A DNA stretch of 64,000 bases, taken from contig BLSG01000428.1 of assembly GCA_012862495.1 (NCBI GenBank), forward strand, positions 1-64,000, read 5' to 3'. The translations under genes were made by a program, and so were the position numbers. The DNA is from Thraustochytrium aureum. Its lineage: Eukaryota. Below are positions 11,388 to 22,468 of this stretch, in pieces. The stretch's first letter is position 1; every line of letters begins with the position of its first letter. The notes beneath the pieces were generated by a model. It was not told the origin of the DNA. It saw only the letters and a program-made list of their open reading frames with translations, and ran no database searches.

Positions 11388-12827
11388 CGGGCAGACCACG
11401 CGGGTCACCGGCGCCACTCGCGCGCGCACCACCGCCGGCGGCGGCCGCATGATGGCCATGGTGATGAACCACCGCCAGGCCTCCAACCCCCAGCGGTCGG
11501 TGCGCTCACAGGACCTCAACAAAGCGCTGCAGGCGCTCATGGAGGCCCTCGTGCAGCCCATCTACGACCGCTTTGCCGCGAACAAGCAGGCCTTTGCGCA
11601 GTACCTGCGCTTCAAGATCTTTGCGCACCAGCCCATCGGCGACCGCCAGATCAGGTACCACCGCGTCCTCGGCCAGGGTGCGTTCGGCACCGTGCACGGC
11701 TGCATCGTGGCGCAGACCGGCACCATGCTCGCGATGAAGATCATGTCCAAGAAAAAGATCAAGATCAAGCACTCAAAGTCGCAGGTCGTTGCCGAGCGCT
11801 TCGCGCTCGAGGCCCTCGCGCAGCACCCCTCGCCGTACTGCATGCGCCTCCGGTACGCGTTCCAGACCAAGGAAGCCTTTCACCTCATCTTGCCCCTGGC
11901 GATCGGTGGCGACCTAAAGTTCCACCTTCGCCAGGGCCCCTTCGAGGAGAAGCGCGCGCGGTTTTACGCCGCCGAGATCGCTCTGGGCGTGGGCCACATC
12001 CACTCGCTCGGCTTCATCATGCGCGACCTCAAGCCGCGCAACATCCTCCTCGACTCTGAAGGGCACTGCAAGATCTCCGACTTTGGCCTTGCCGCGAGCA
12101 TCGCCCAGGGGCGCAAGGTCAAGGGCCGCGCTGGCACGGAGGGCTACTGGTCCCCCGAGGTCATCAACAGCGTGCCGTACGGGATCGACGCCGACTGGTG
12201 GAGCTTTGGCTGCTGTCTGTTCGAGCTCCTGGCCGGCTTTCAAACCCCCTTTCTCCCTGCAAGCACACTGGCATGCCGACGCGCAACGAGGGGACGCGCA
12301 AGGCGCCCCTCAAGTACACCAAGAACGTGCCGGCCGCCGCCAAGCCGCTGCTGCAGGCGCTCCTTGACCGCAACGTCGAAACCCGCCTTGGCTGCCGCGG
12401 CAAGGGCGTGGAGGAGGTGCCTTCCCCCAAATTCGCCTTCTGGCGAGGCATGGACATGTTTGCGCTGCGCCGCGGCACCGGCAAGGTGCCTTGGGTCCCG
12501 GAGAAGGGTGTCATCTACGCCGCTTCACAGAGCGAAATGCTCGAGAACGACGACGACCCGAACGGGGCGGCGCTTCGCCGCGTCAAGCTCACTCAGGACG
12601 ACATCCCCCTGTTCGATGACTTTGTCGACCTTGACAGTCACATGGATGACATCGTCAAGGTCTTGCACCTCAACACTGATGTGGCGGACATCGTTTCTGA
12701 CCTGCTGGCCCAAAAGGTCAAGGACCAGAAGACGCTCCAGCGCAAGCTTCGCAAAATGAGTTCTGCGCCCGCAGCAACCGAGCCGCCGCCGCCGCCGCTG
12801 GGCTGCGCTGCATGTGTCATCGCCTGA
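11388..12827 (+). CDS. G-protein-coupled receptor kinase-like AGC kinase (5' end in gap; homopolymer frameshift near 12240); C-terminal CaaX
   Basis: FAQYLRFK..QPI...YHRVLGQGAFGTV, AMK..SKKKIK, GGDLKFHL, RDLKPRN, SDFGLA, GRAGTEGYWSPE. The shifted frame carries the AGC tail and ends CAACVIA*. Confidence 0.88.
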
Positions 12828-13045
12828 TTGTTGACTTGCTCTGGTCCAAGAGTGGGGCGGCACGGCGCGGCCGGCTGTGCTGTTCGCGCCCGTTCCCTCC
12901 TCTGGCTTGCCTGTGCCATCATCCTCCACGACAATACCTTCCTACCTACCAACAGCAGCAGAGTCAATCGTGTTTTCTTTTCGTGCTCCTTCCTTTCCGT
13001 AACTTTACAGCTGTCCCCGGCCCCTTGGGCAGCACCTGGGCGCTG

Positions 13046-13899
13046 CTACGTCGCCGTCAGGTCCACCACGCCAGCGTCGCCTCCGCGGCGTTTGGCGCGC
13101 TTGGAGGCTGTGCTGAACTGCCCTGGCGGCTCGACAGGAACCACGTCTGGGTGCGTTGCTCCTGGCGGCTCTATGGGGACCACGTCAGGCTGCTCTACGC
13201 GAGCCGGCTCGCCCTGTCCAGCAGCACTCGCGCCTATTTCAACGACGCGGGGCTCGGCCCTCGGCCTCGCCTTGGCTGCGCTCGAGTTCGAGTGCGCAGC
13301 CCGGCTCCTTTTCCCAGGACTGGCGCCCACGCCAGAGGCCGATGCGCCGCCATGCGATGCCGAGCCTGCACTGCTCGACGACGTGGCAGTGCGGCTTAGG
13401 GCGCGGACCCGGGCTTGCCGCTCTGCCTCGAGGTTGCGCGCCGCCCCGGGCTTGGGTTTGGTTCCTAGCTGAGTGCCTCGCGTGCCGCTGTTAAGCGGCT
13501 GCAGCCCTGTGCGCCGCGCAGGCGCGTCCTGTGTCCCGGCTCGCCCGCGGCCGCGGCCCCGCGTTGACGACTTGCCAAGCTTTTGGCCAGCGAGGCCCCA
13601 GTCGTGGCGCTTTGGGCGTTCGTGCGCAAACTCTGCCGTGTGCTGGTGTTCGTTCTGGTATGGGCTGGGCAGTTTTCGTTCGGTTTGGTCAGGTCCAAAC
13701 CAAACAAAGCGTCAGCTGCCTAGCCCCAGCCGCGGCACATACGGTACCTTGCTCTACGGTGGGGTGGATGCATCCGAGCAACTCGCCCTAAACAAACTCA
13801 CCACGAGGTTCCGAGCTCGCACTCTGGTTTAGCCCTCGGCCTCTTCGCCGCCGCCGTGACAGCCGCGCCGCCTTTGGCCCGCGTCGGCCTGCCCGCCAT
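13046..13899 (-). CDS. Two-exon protein of about 238 aa with an N-terminal PBZ-like zinc finger and a C-terminal SIM-like motif
   Basis: Exon 1 13899-13802; intron 13801-13665 (GTGAGT...CTGAC...CAG); exon 2 13664-13046, open throughout. Splicing creates KPECELGTSCPYQNEHQHTAEFAH. Protein ends VVDLTAT*. Confidence 0.72.
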
Positions 13900-14343
13900 C
13901 CTCCTCCCACCAGACCGCCCGGCCGACCAACCCCACGACCACNNNNNNNNNNNNNNNNNNNNNNNNNNNNNNNNNNNNNNNNNNNNNNNNNNNNNNNNNN
14001 NNNNNNNNNNNNNNNNNNNNNNNNNNNNNNNNNNNNNNNNNNNNNNNNNNNNNNNNNNNNNNNNNNNNNNNNNNNNNNNNNNNNNNNNNNNNNNNNNNNN
14101 NNNNNNNNNNNNNNNNNNNNNNNNNNNNNNNNNNNNNNNNNNNNNNNNNNNNNNNNNNNNNNNNNNNNNNNNNNNNNNNNNNNNNNNNNNNNNNNNNNNN
14201 NNNNNNNNNNNNNNNNNNNNNNNNNNNNNNNNNNNNNNNNNNNNNNNNNNNNNNNNNNNNNNNNNNNNNNNNNNNNNNNNNNNNNNNNNNNNNNNNNNNN
14301 NNNNNNNNNNNNNNNNNNNNNNNNNNNNNNNNNNNNNNNNNNG

Positions 14344-14416
14344 CGTTTTGGCCACGTTTTTGCCGTTGTTTTGGCAAGTTTTGGCCACGTTTTGGCCCCG
14401 TTGCTTTTTTTTTTTT
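14344..14416. repeat. About 11-bp T-tract minisatellite (GTTTTGGCCAC) with a poly-T run, next to a gap
   Basis: gttttggccac gtttttgccgtt gttttggcaa gttttggccac gttttggcccc seen directly. Confidence 0.75.
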
Positions 14417-14564
14417 GCGCGACGAGCGGACCGAGAGGTCGAGCAGCAGCAGCGCGCAGAGGCTGATCTGCTCGAGGAAGGACCTGCTCGGTGGCACCTT
14501 ACTGGCTTGGCGGACCACAGACAGGCCCCTTCGAGCCTGCGGTCGACGACGAAGAGCAAGAGAA

Positions 14565-15357
14565 ATGGGCGACCCCGTGATGGCGTGGCGCGACCCCGAG
14601 GCGAAGCGGCTGGCCGGCAAGAACGCTCTGGTGACCGCAGGGACGCAGGGCATCGGGCTCGCGATCGTTGAGCGACTCGCGCAGGAAGGCGCTCGCGTGT
14701 TCTTGTGCTCGAGGAAAGAGGCCAACGTCAAGGCGGCCGTGGACGCGCTCAGAGCCAAGGGGCTCGACGTCGCAGGGACTGCCTGCAACGTGGGCGCTGC
14801 GGACGACCTCGAGAGGTACGTTCGCGAAGGCCTGGCCTTCTTTGGAGAACAGCGCATCGACGTGCTCGTCTCCAACGCGGGCGTCAATCCCACCGCCGGC
14901 CCCACGCTGGAAATGCCAGACGCCGTCTACGACAAGATCATGAACATCAATGTGCGCAGCTATTGGCACCTCGTCAAGCTCGCGCGCCCCTGCCTCGCGC
15001 AAGGCGCGTCTGTCATCTTCGTCTCGAGCGTGGGCGGCCACCAGCCCGCGCCCCCGCTCGGCCTGTACGGGGTCTCGAAGACGGCCGTCATCGCGCTGGG
15101 GCGCGTTCTGGCGCAGGACTTGGGGCAGCACGGCATCCGCGTCAACACGATCTGCCCCGGCATCATCCGCACGAAAATGTCGGCCGTATTTTGGAAGGAC
15201 TCGAGCGAGTCCCAAGAGCGCAAGAGCTCGTGGCTGCAGCGGTACGGCGACCCTGTGGACGTCGGGGGGCTCGCCGCGTTCCCTGGCAAGCCGCGACAGC
15301 GCGTTTATCACGGGCGAGTCGTTCGTGGTGTCCGGGGGCACCGCCTCGCGCATGTAG
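14565..15357 (+). CDS. Short-chain dehydrogenase/reductase, DHRS4-like, probably peroxisomal (frameshift near 15281)
   Basis: TAGTQGIG, VSNAGVNP, catalytic YGVSK, GIRVNTICPG. The corrected frame ends FITGESFVVSGGTASRM*. Confidence 0.92.
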
Positions 15358-15546
15358 GTGGCGTAGGTGGCGCGCGGCTCGCCAGTGCGGCCTCGTTGTC
15401 CGCGCCGCCGCCGCCGCCGCACGACGAAGCAGAAGATGACATCCTCACTCACCACGCAACTAACCTATATGAAACTGTTTCTCGCCATCCTCGGCGCGCC
15501 GCCCAAACCTACCTCTCGCGCTCGCGCACTCGCTCCACGAGCAGTC

Positions 15547-17377
15547 CTAGACTATTGCCAGATCCTCGCGCTCCTCGCCTCGGCCTACGCCACGATACTC
15601 CTCGCGCCGAGAGGGGCTCGTCCGCACGCTCGGCAGTTCGACGCCCCTCTCCTCCCGTCCCGCAATCCGCCCAATCGACTCGTGAATGCCCTCTGTCGAG
15701 GTCGACAAAGCCCCAGCGCTGTGCACAAACACCACGGTGAGGGCGAGCGAAAGGCCGGAGAGCAAAACCAGCACAAGCATCACAAACTCGAGCGAGGTCG
15801 AGTCAAGGACAAGCTTGAAAAGGCTGGCGCCAACGACCGCTCCGAGCTTGCCCATCGCGGCCGAGATCCCGTTGAAAAACGATCGGACGTCTTTGTCGAA
15901 CGTCTCAGCAGGCAGGCAGAATGTCGTTGCGTTCGGCCCGAAATTGAAGAAGAAAAACGTCATGCAGTAAAGCAAGAACAGCAGGACGGGCGAGGTCGAC
16001 GATCCAAAGCGCAGAATCAGGAAGATTACGAGGAAAAGCGCCCCAGAGCTCGCAAACCCGACCAACTGGATTTTCTTTCGGCCCCAGCTGTCCGAAAGGA
16101 AGCTCGCCAAATACAAGCCGGGCAGCGCCACGAGGCCGATCAGGGTGCTCAGCGCGGCGATCTCGGTTGGCTCGGTGGCTCGAAAGACCAATTTCAGCAC
16201 GAACGGGGTGAACAGGAGGTTGCCATAGAACATGACGTCAAAGAGAAACCAGCTTCCTCCTGTCCCGACGAGCTTGAGCAGATTCGACCGCGTCCAGCGC
16301 GCTCCAAACCCCACCTCTGAACTGCGCTGGCCGACACCCATCTCCGGCGATCGGGCCTCGTCGCCTTCATGACCGCTTCGGAACCCGTTACCGGGGGAGC
16401 CAGACTCGGGGGAGGCGAAGGACTCGGGAAGGGGTCCAGCATGGCCATCGGCTTCTCCTGCTGTCGGGGAGCGTAGTATGGAGCTCTGGGCCGAGCGTTG
16501 CTCACGCTCGAGCACGGCTGGGACCCTCCCAATCGCGTAGGCCGCTGGTATCGCGCCGGTGAGAAGTGCGATGCGCCACCCCAGCCCTGGCGTCTCGGGC
16601 AAAAGAACATCTAGAAGGAGGACCCACCCTGGCGCGAGCAGCTGGCCCACGCCTTGGAACGAGAACGTGAGCATGACGCGCTCCCGTTGAAGCCCCCAGC
16701 CTCGTTTTGCTCTGCAGACGCGATCGCTGCCAGCGGGTACACGCCGCCGGCCCCAAAGCCAACCACAAACCTTGACAAGGCAAGCTTGCCCATCAGGTTG
16801 GGTGCCCAGCACATGAACGCGCCCATCACGCAGCCGACGCACAGGACCAGAAACCGTAATCACAAGCCCGTACAGCACCCCGAGGCGTTCCCCGACCACC
16901 CCNNNNNNNNNNNNNNNNNNNNNNNNNNNNNNNNNNNNNNNNNNNNNNNNNNNNNNNNNNNNNNNNNNNNNNNNNNNNNNNNNNNNNNNNNNNNNNNNNN
17001 NNNNNNNNNNNNNNNNNNNNNNNNNNNNNNNNNNNNNNNNNNNNNNNNNNNNNNNNNNNNNNNNNNNNNNNNNNNNNNNNNNNNNNNNNNNNNNNNNNNN
17101 NNNNNNNNNNNNNNNNNNNNNNNNNNNNNNNNNNNNNNNNNNNNNNNNNNNNNNNNNNNNNNNNNNNNNNNNNNNNNNNNNNNNNNNNNNNNNNNNNNNN
17201 NNNNNNNNNNNNNNNNNNNNNNNNNNNNNNNNNNNNNNNNNNNNNNNNNNNNNNNNNNNNNNNNNNNNNNNNNNNNNNNNNNNNNNNNNNNNNNNNNNNN
17301 NNNNNNNNNNNNNNNNNNNNNNNNNNNNNNNNNNNNNNNNNNNNNNNNNNNNNNNNNNNNNNNNNNNNNNNNNNNAT
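15547..17377 (-). CDS. MFS inorganic phosphate:H+ symporter (Pho84/PHT1-like); 5' part in gap, frameshifts
   Basis: RFVVGFGAGGVYPLAA, FSFQGVG, WFLFDVMFYG, FFFNFGPNATTFCLPAETF, SAAMGKLGA. A possible start codon (ACC-AT-N) lies at the gap edge, 17377. Confidence 0.88.
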
Positions 17378-17841
17378 GGTTCCCTAAGTGACTGCGGTAC
17401 TTGGTCATAATGAGGCCACAGTGACGGGAGCACGTGAAAGAGCGCCTCCTCGACGCGCCACCTGTCGTAACTAGAGACCCCAAGTGACGAGAGTAGCGGC
17501 GAACACGCAGTGGGTGTTGATTTTTTTTGAACGTACGAACTTGTTCCTTCGTTCGCTTGGCGAGCAGTGGTTTAGCGAGCAGACCGCCATCGAGAGGCGC
17601 TCGCTCGCCCCGCTCGACTCGCAGTCGTCGCAGACAGTCAGACGCAGAGAGACTCTACGTACGTGGCAAGCGAAGGGCAGCGACGGGACGCCTGCAGAGC
17701 CCAGGAGAGCGCTCGTGCGGCTCCTCGCGAGACCTGGCGCCTGCACGCGGAATCACTGTTTTCAAGCAGCGACGCACTTGGGTGCCTGGCTCGAGCGGGC
17801 CCGAGGTCGCGGACGGGGGCCGGTAGAACGCGGCTGGGACA

Positions 17842-19766
17842 ATGTCGAGCCAAAAGCTCGAGCACCTGCGGGCGAGCTCGCCCATCAACACGAACAAGGA
17901 CACGCGGTTCATTTTTGTGACCGGCGGCGTGGTGTCCGGGCTCGGCAAGGGCATCACCATCTCCTCGATCGGGCGGCTCCTCAAGGCCGGGGGTCTCAAG
18001 GTGACGAGCATCAAGATCGACCCATACCTCAACACGGACGCGGGCACAATGAGCCCGTTCGAGCACGGCGAGACCTTCGTCCTGAACGACGGCGGCGAGA
18101 CCGACCTGGACCTCGGCAACTACGAGCGCTTCCTCGATATCGAGCTAACCCGGGACCACAACATCACCACCGGCAAGGTGTACTCGGCCGTGATCGAGCG
18201 CGAACGCCGCGGCGACTACCTGGGAAAGACCGTCCAAGTGGTGCCCCACATCACGGACGAGATCCAGAACTGGATCGCACGCGTGGCCCAGATCCCCGTC
18301 GACGGCTCGCACTCGTCACCCGACGTGTGCCTCGTCGAGGTCGGCGGCACCGTCGGCGACATCGAAAGCATGGTCTTCCTTGAAGCGGTCCGCCAGTTCC
18401 AGTTCCGCGTTGGCCGCGAACGCTGCTGCCTGGTCCACGTCTCGCTCATCCCCGTGCTCGGCTCAGTGGGCGAGCAGAAAACCAAGCCGACACAGCATGG
18501 CGTCAAGGAGCTCATGAGCCTGGGGCTCTCCCCCGACATAATCGTCTGCCGCTCCTCGCACGTCGTCCAAGAGGGGACGCGCAAGAAGATCAGCGCGTTC
18601 TGCCACGTTCCGCCGTCATGCGTGGTCAGCGTGCACGACGTGTCAAACATTTACCATGTGCCGCTGGTTTTGCACGAGCAAGGCCTGCACACCATCCTCA
18701 AAGAGTCGCTGGGCCTTGACAAGATGACCGTCCCGCTTGAGCTCGCTGGGTGGCGCAGCCTCGCCACCGCAGTGGACGAGAGCACCGAGGAGGTCGTCAT
18801 CGCCGTCGTCGGCAAGTACACCGGTCTGCACGACGCCTACCTCTCCGTCCTCAAGGCGCTGAGCCACTCCTGCATCGCCGAGAAGCGCAACCTCGTGACG
18901 GCCTGGATCGAGTCCACCGACCTCGAGGAGGCTACCAAGGAGGGCGACCCCAGCAAGCATGCCGAGGCCTGGCGCGTTCTGCGCGAAGCGGACGGGATCC
19001 TCATTCCCGGCGGGTTTGGCGACCGCGGCATTGAGGGCAAGGTCATCGCTGCAAAGTTTGCTCGCGAGTCGTGCGTGCCCATCCTCGGCGTGTGCCTCGG
19101 AATGCAGGTCATGGTCATCGAGTTTGCCCGCGACGTCTGCAAGTGGCCCAAGGCAAACTCTGCCGAGGTTGACGAGACCAGCGAGTGCGCTGTTGTCATC
19201 AAGATGCTAGAGCACCACCAGGGCGACATGGGCGGCACCATGCGCCTCGGCGCGCGCCGCCCGAGTTTCACGCGCTCCCGAACGGTGGACGCGCAGCCGC
19301 GCAGCATCGCCAGCCTCATCTACGGCGGAGCCGACTCCGTCCTGGAGCGCCACCGCCACCGCTACGAGGTCAACCCCGAAAAGGTCGCCGAGCTCGAGGC
19401 TGCGGGCCTTCGCTTCACCGGCAAAGACGACACCAAGGAGCGCATGGAGATCGTCGAGCTTCCGCGCAAGGCGCATCCCTTTTACTTTGGCTGCCAGTTC
19501 CACCCCGAGCTCAAGTCTCGCCCGGAGCGCCCCTCCCCTCCCTTTTCACGCCTTCATTTTTGGCCGCTTGCGCGCGCTTCGCCACGCACTACGGTGTCGA
19601 AGAGAGCCCCGCGCAAAAGTCGAGTGATGAGCGACGCGGCAAGCGAGCGCAGACGCCGCGCTCTTCGTCAGTGTTTCGCGGCACCTCGGCTGCCCCTGGC
19701 GCCGGTCAGGTCAAGCGGCCGCGGATCTTCAGCGATCAGCACTCGAACTCGGCGACTGACGAGTAG
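17842..19766 (+). CDS. CTPS: CTP synthase (C-terminal frameshift near 19555; exact end uncertain)
   Basis: [64 protein letters not shown]. Confidence 0.97.
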
Positions 19767-21066
19767 AGTGTCCCCCGTGGCTGCATTGCGCAACGCTTGC
19801 AATGGACGTTTCGGCGACAGACAATTCCATGCCATGCTATTCCGAGTTGCGCTGGCTCTCGGCCGGGCTACTCGGGGTTGCCTCTCGGCCTGCAGGTCGA
19901 CGCTTCCGGTGCCCGCACAGGTGGCTCTGGCGTACATGTAGTTGTAACCACCAAACTCGCAAACCCGTCCGACCGGCCGACCGACCGTCCCTTGCGCCTT
20001 TCGTTGCTCCGATCGCCTTGTGGTAACAGCCGTCCCGCCAGCTTGGCCCGAACGCGCGCTTCGAAAGGGCGCCCAGGCCCACGCACGCCGCGAGCGCCTG
20101 GGCGAGGGCGGCCACGGCCGGAGAAGATCACCAGCCAACGGAAACTCCAGCACACGGATGTAACGCTGTCCCACATTCTCCGACCCTCGCTGATGGGCCC
20201 GTCGGGACATGCCGTTTCTGGCATTGTCAATCCGGGGCTTGTGGTAGTGCTGCCAACGCGGGCATGCCAGCGGGCAGGTTGATGCGCCTGGCGCGGTGGC
20301 GCACCTAACGGACACTCCCGGCGATTTCATCGCGGCCGCACGAGGTGGGCAGTGCAAGCTCTCGAGCTGCAGGACGTCGCGTCTTGTTCACCTTCGCAAG
20401 ACGACGATAATTTCTCAAGAGCTAGCTGGAGAGAGGAAGCAGAGTGTCGTGGCCAAGCCGATGCACCGGCCCACCAGCTCAAGTCGGACCTTGTCGCAGT
20501 GAGCACCAGCAACCAAAAAGGATTTGAATTCGAGACGTGGCAAAGTTGCAATCTGGGCTTTTGGACCAAGGCACCCCCCCCGCCCGACACCTCTCGGCCC
20601 AGCGCAGTTCGCATTCCCGATGCACGACACCCACCTTTTTCTAAAAGGTGCGCCAATCGGCCGTCCCTGCCCTGTCGCTGCAAGATCAATTTCACTCGAC
20701 CTATCTGCGCAGGAACAAGCAGGCTGGTGCGAGGCAGTAGACGCATTGCGCGCCCAATTCCGCGACGTTGCGACAAGAGCGTACATCAACTGACGGTGGA
20801 CATCCCTTGGCAGCGCGCGTCCAAAGCCTCAACAAGGCCAAGCGATACACCACAGGCCTCGAGAAGTTTGCAAAAAGTCTATGGCTCGGTAAGCTTTTTG
20901 AACAGCGTGACGTGTTGGTTTTTGATATCAAACCCTGCGACGTCCCCCTCGCGAACCCAAGCGACTCGATTCGGTCAAGCGCGGCGCTTAGCTTTGCGGG
21001 CGAGTCCTTCACTATTTCAAAAAGACCAAGAAACGCAGAGGACGGGCTTCGCAGCCTATCGCTGCA

Positions 21067-22068
21067 ATGGTCTACTGCAGAAGAACAGCAACCCTTGCAG
21101 TCTGTGTTGCTGTCGCACTGGTCTCCTCGCGAGCCGAGCGCGCTGTGCGAGGCCTCGCGCCACCGACGGTCGCGGAACCGGATGAGGTCGGCAGCATCGA
21201 TCACCTCCGCGCTCTTAGCCGAGACGGCAGCCCTTCGGCCACCATCGTGGGCGGAGACCTCGTCGCAGAGTCAAACGACGACTTTCGCTTCATCGCCAGC
21301 TTGCAGCGCAAGGCCAGGAACACGTTCACGACGTTTTGCGGAGGTAGCCTGATCCACCAGCGTTGGGTTCTCACGGCAGGGCATTGCGTTCGGTTCGAGA
21401 CTCCGGCGAGGATCCAGATCAGCGAGTACAACTTGCGAAGGACTACAGGCGGGCAGATTCGGCGAGTCAAGCGGATCTTCCATCACGAGACCTACCTTCA
21501 CCTCACGAACGACATCGCGCTGATTCTACTCGACGCGCCCGTGGGAGATATTGAGCCGGTGTGGGTCAACCGCGTCCCCTTCAGCAGGCCGCACGAAGCT
21601 ACTGGCGCTATGCTGCAGGTGGCGGGCTGGGGCTACGTGAGTGAGGGCAGCGGGTCCGTGGAGCACGACCTGCGAGTCGTGTCTGTGCCCATCGTGAGCC
21701 CGAAGCGGTGCCGCAAGGCATATCGCGGCGTCAACAGCACCGAACAACTCTGCGCCGGATACGAGTCCCCCGGGAGGGACAGCTGCTCCGGGGATAGTGG
21801 AGGGCCGCTGGTCCACGTTGACAAACTCCACGCCGTGTCGCTCGTTGGAATCGTGAGCTTTGGGAAAGGCTGCGCAAGAGCCGGCCTCTACGGAGTCTAC
21901 ACCCGAGTTTCCAACTACCTCCCCTTCATCGAGCAGACCCTGGCGAGAACGGGCGATCGGCTGGAGCCAAAGCGCCCGCCCAGTTCAACTTCTCACCAAA
22001 CAGCAAGTCTCCCGCCGAGCGAAAATCGCCGAGCGGGCCCCAATGCAACAGTAGGTGTTGGGTGGTAG
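21067..22068 (+). CDS. Secreted trypsin-like serine protease (S1); may continue in a shifted frame to 22373
   Basis: Signal peptide, IVGG mature N-terminus, CGGSLI, LTAGHC, DIAL, RDSCSGDSGGPL (Asp in the S1 pocket). Confidence 0.94.
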   Translation: MVYCRRTATLAVCVAVALVSSRAERAVRGLAPPTVAEPDEVGSIDHLRALSRDGSPSATIVGGDLVAESNDDFRFIASLQRKARNTFTTFCGGSLIHQRWVLTAGHCVRFETPARIQISEYNLRRTTGGQIRRVKRIFHHETYLHLTNDIALILLDAPVGDIEPVWVNRVPFSRPHEATGAMLQVAGWGYVSEGSGSVEHDLRVVSVPIVSPKRCRKAYRGVNSTEQLCAGYESPGRDSCSGDSGGPLVHVDKLHAVSLVGIVSFGKGCARAGLYGVYTRVSNYLPFIEQTLARTGDRLEPKRPPSSTSHQTASLPPSENRRAGPNATVGVGW

Positions 22069-22468
22069 TGGAAGCGCTGGAAGGCGCTTTGGCAACCTCC
22101 GCGGTCACAGAAATGCGAGCTATTGAGGGCGCCACCTTGATTTGCTTTGGCATCGACACATGCGCGGACGCGGAGCTCGCCGAAGGCGCCACGCCCTGCT
22201 TGGACAGACCGCGGGCTCCGCCGAGCATAGCGAAAGCAAGATTATTGCAAGACCCGCGACAAGAGCAACTCTGGCATGTTTGCTTTCTTTCTTCCTTTAG
22301 CAAAACGCACGAGGTGGTCCACTGCGCCCACCCTTTTGCGCCAAGGCAAGGCTGTCAGTCCCGCAGCTTGTAGATCGAGCGCCCAAGAAATACCTGGCCG
22401 ATTCGACAGCGACCGACCAGGGAACCCAGCCCAATCGCCGTTTTTCTCTTTTTTGACTCTCTGCTTCG

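Noticed and set aside
20190..21060. Overlapping plus-strand ORFs upstream of trypsin
   Set aside because: No recognisable motif and stops in the plausible frames; a gene call cannot be supported.
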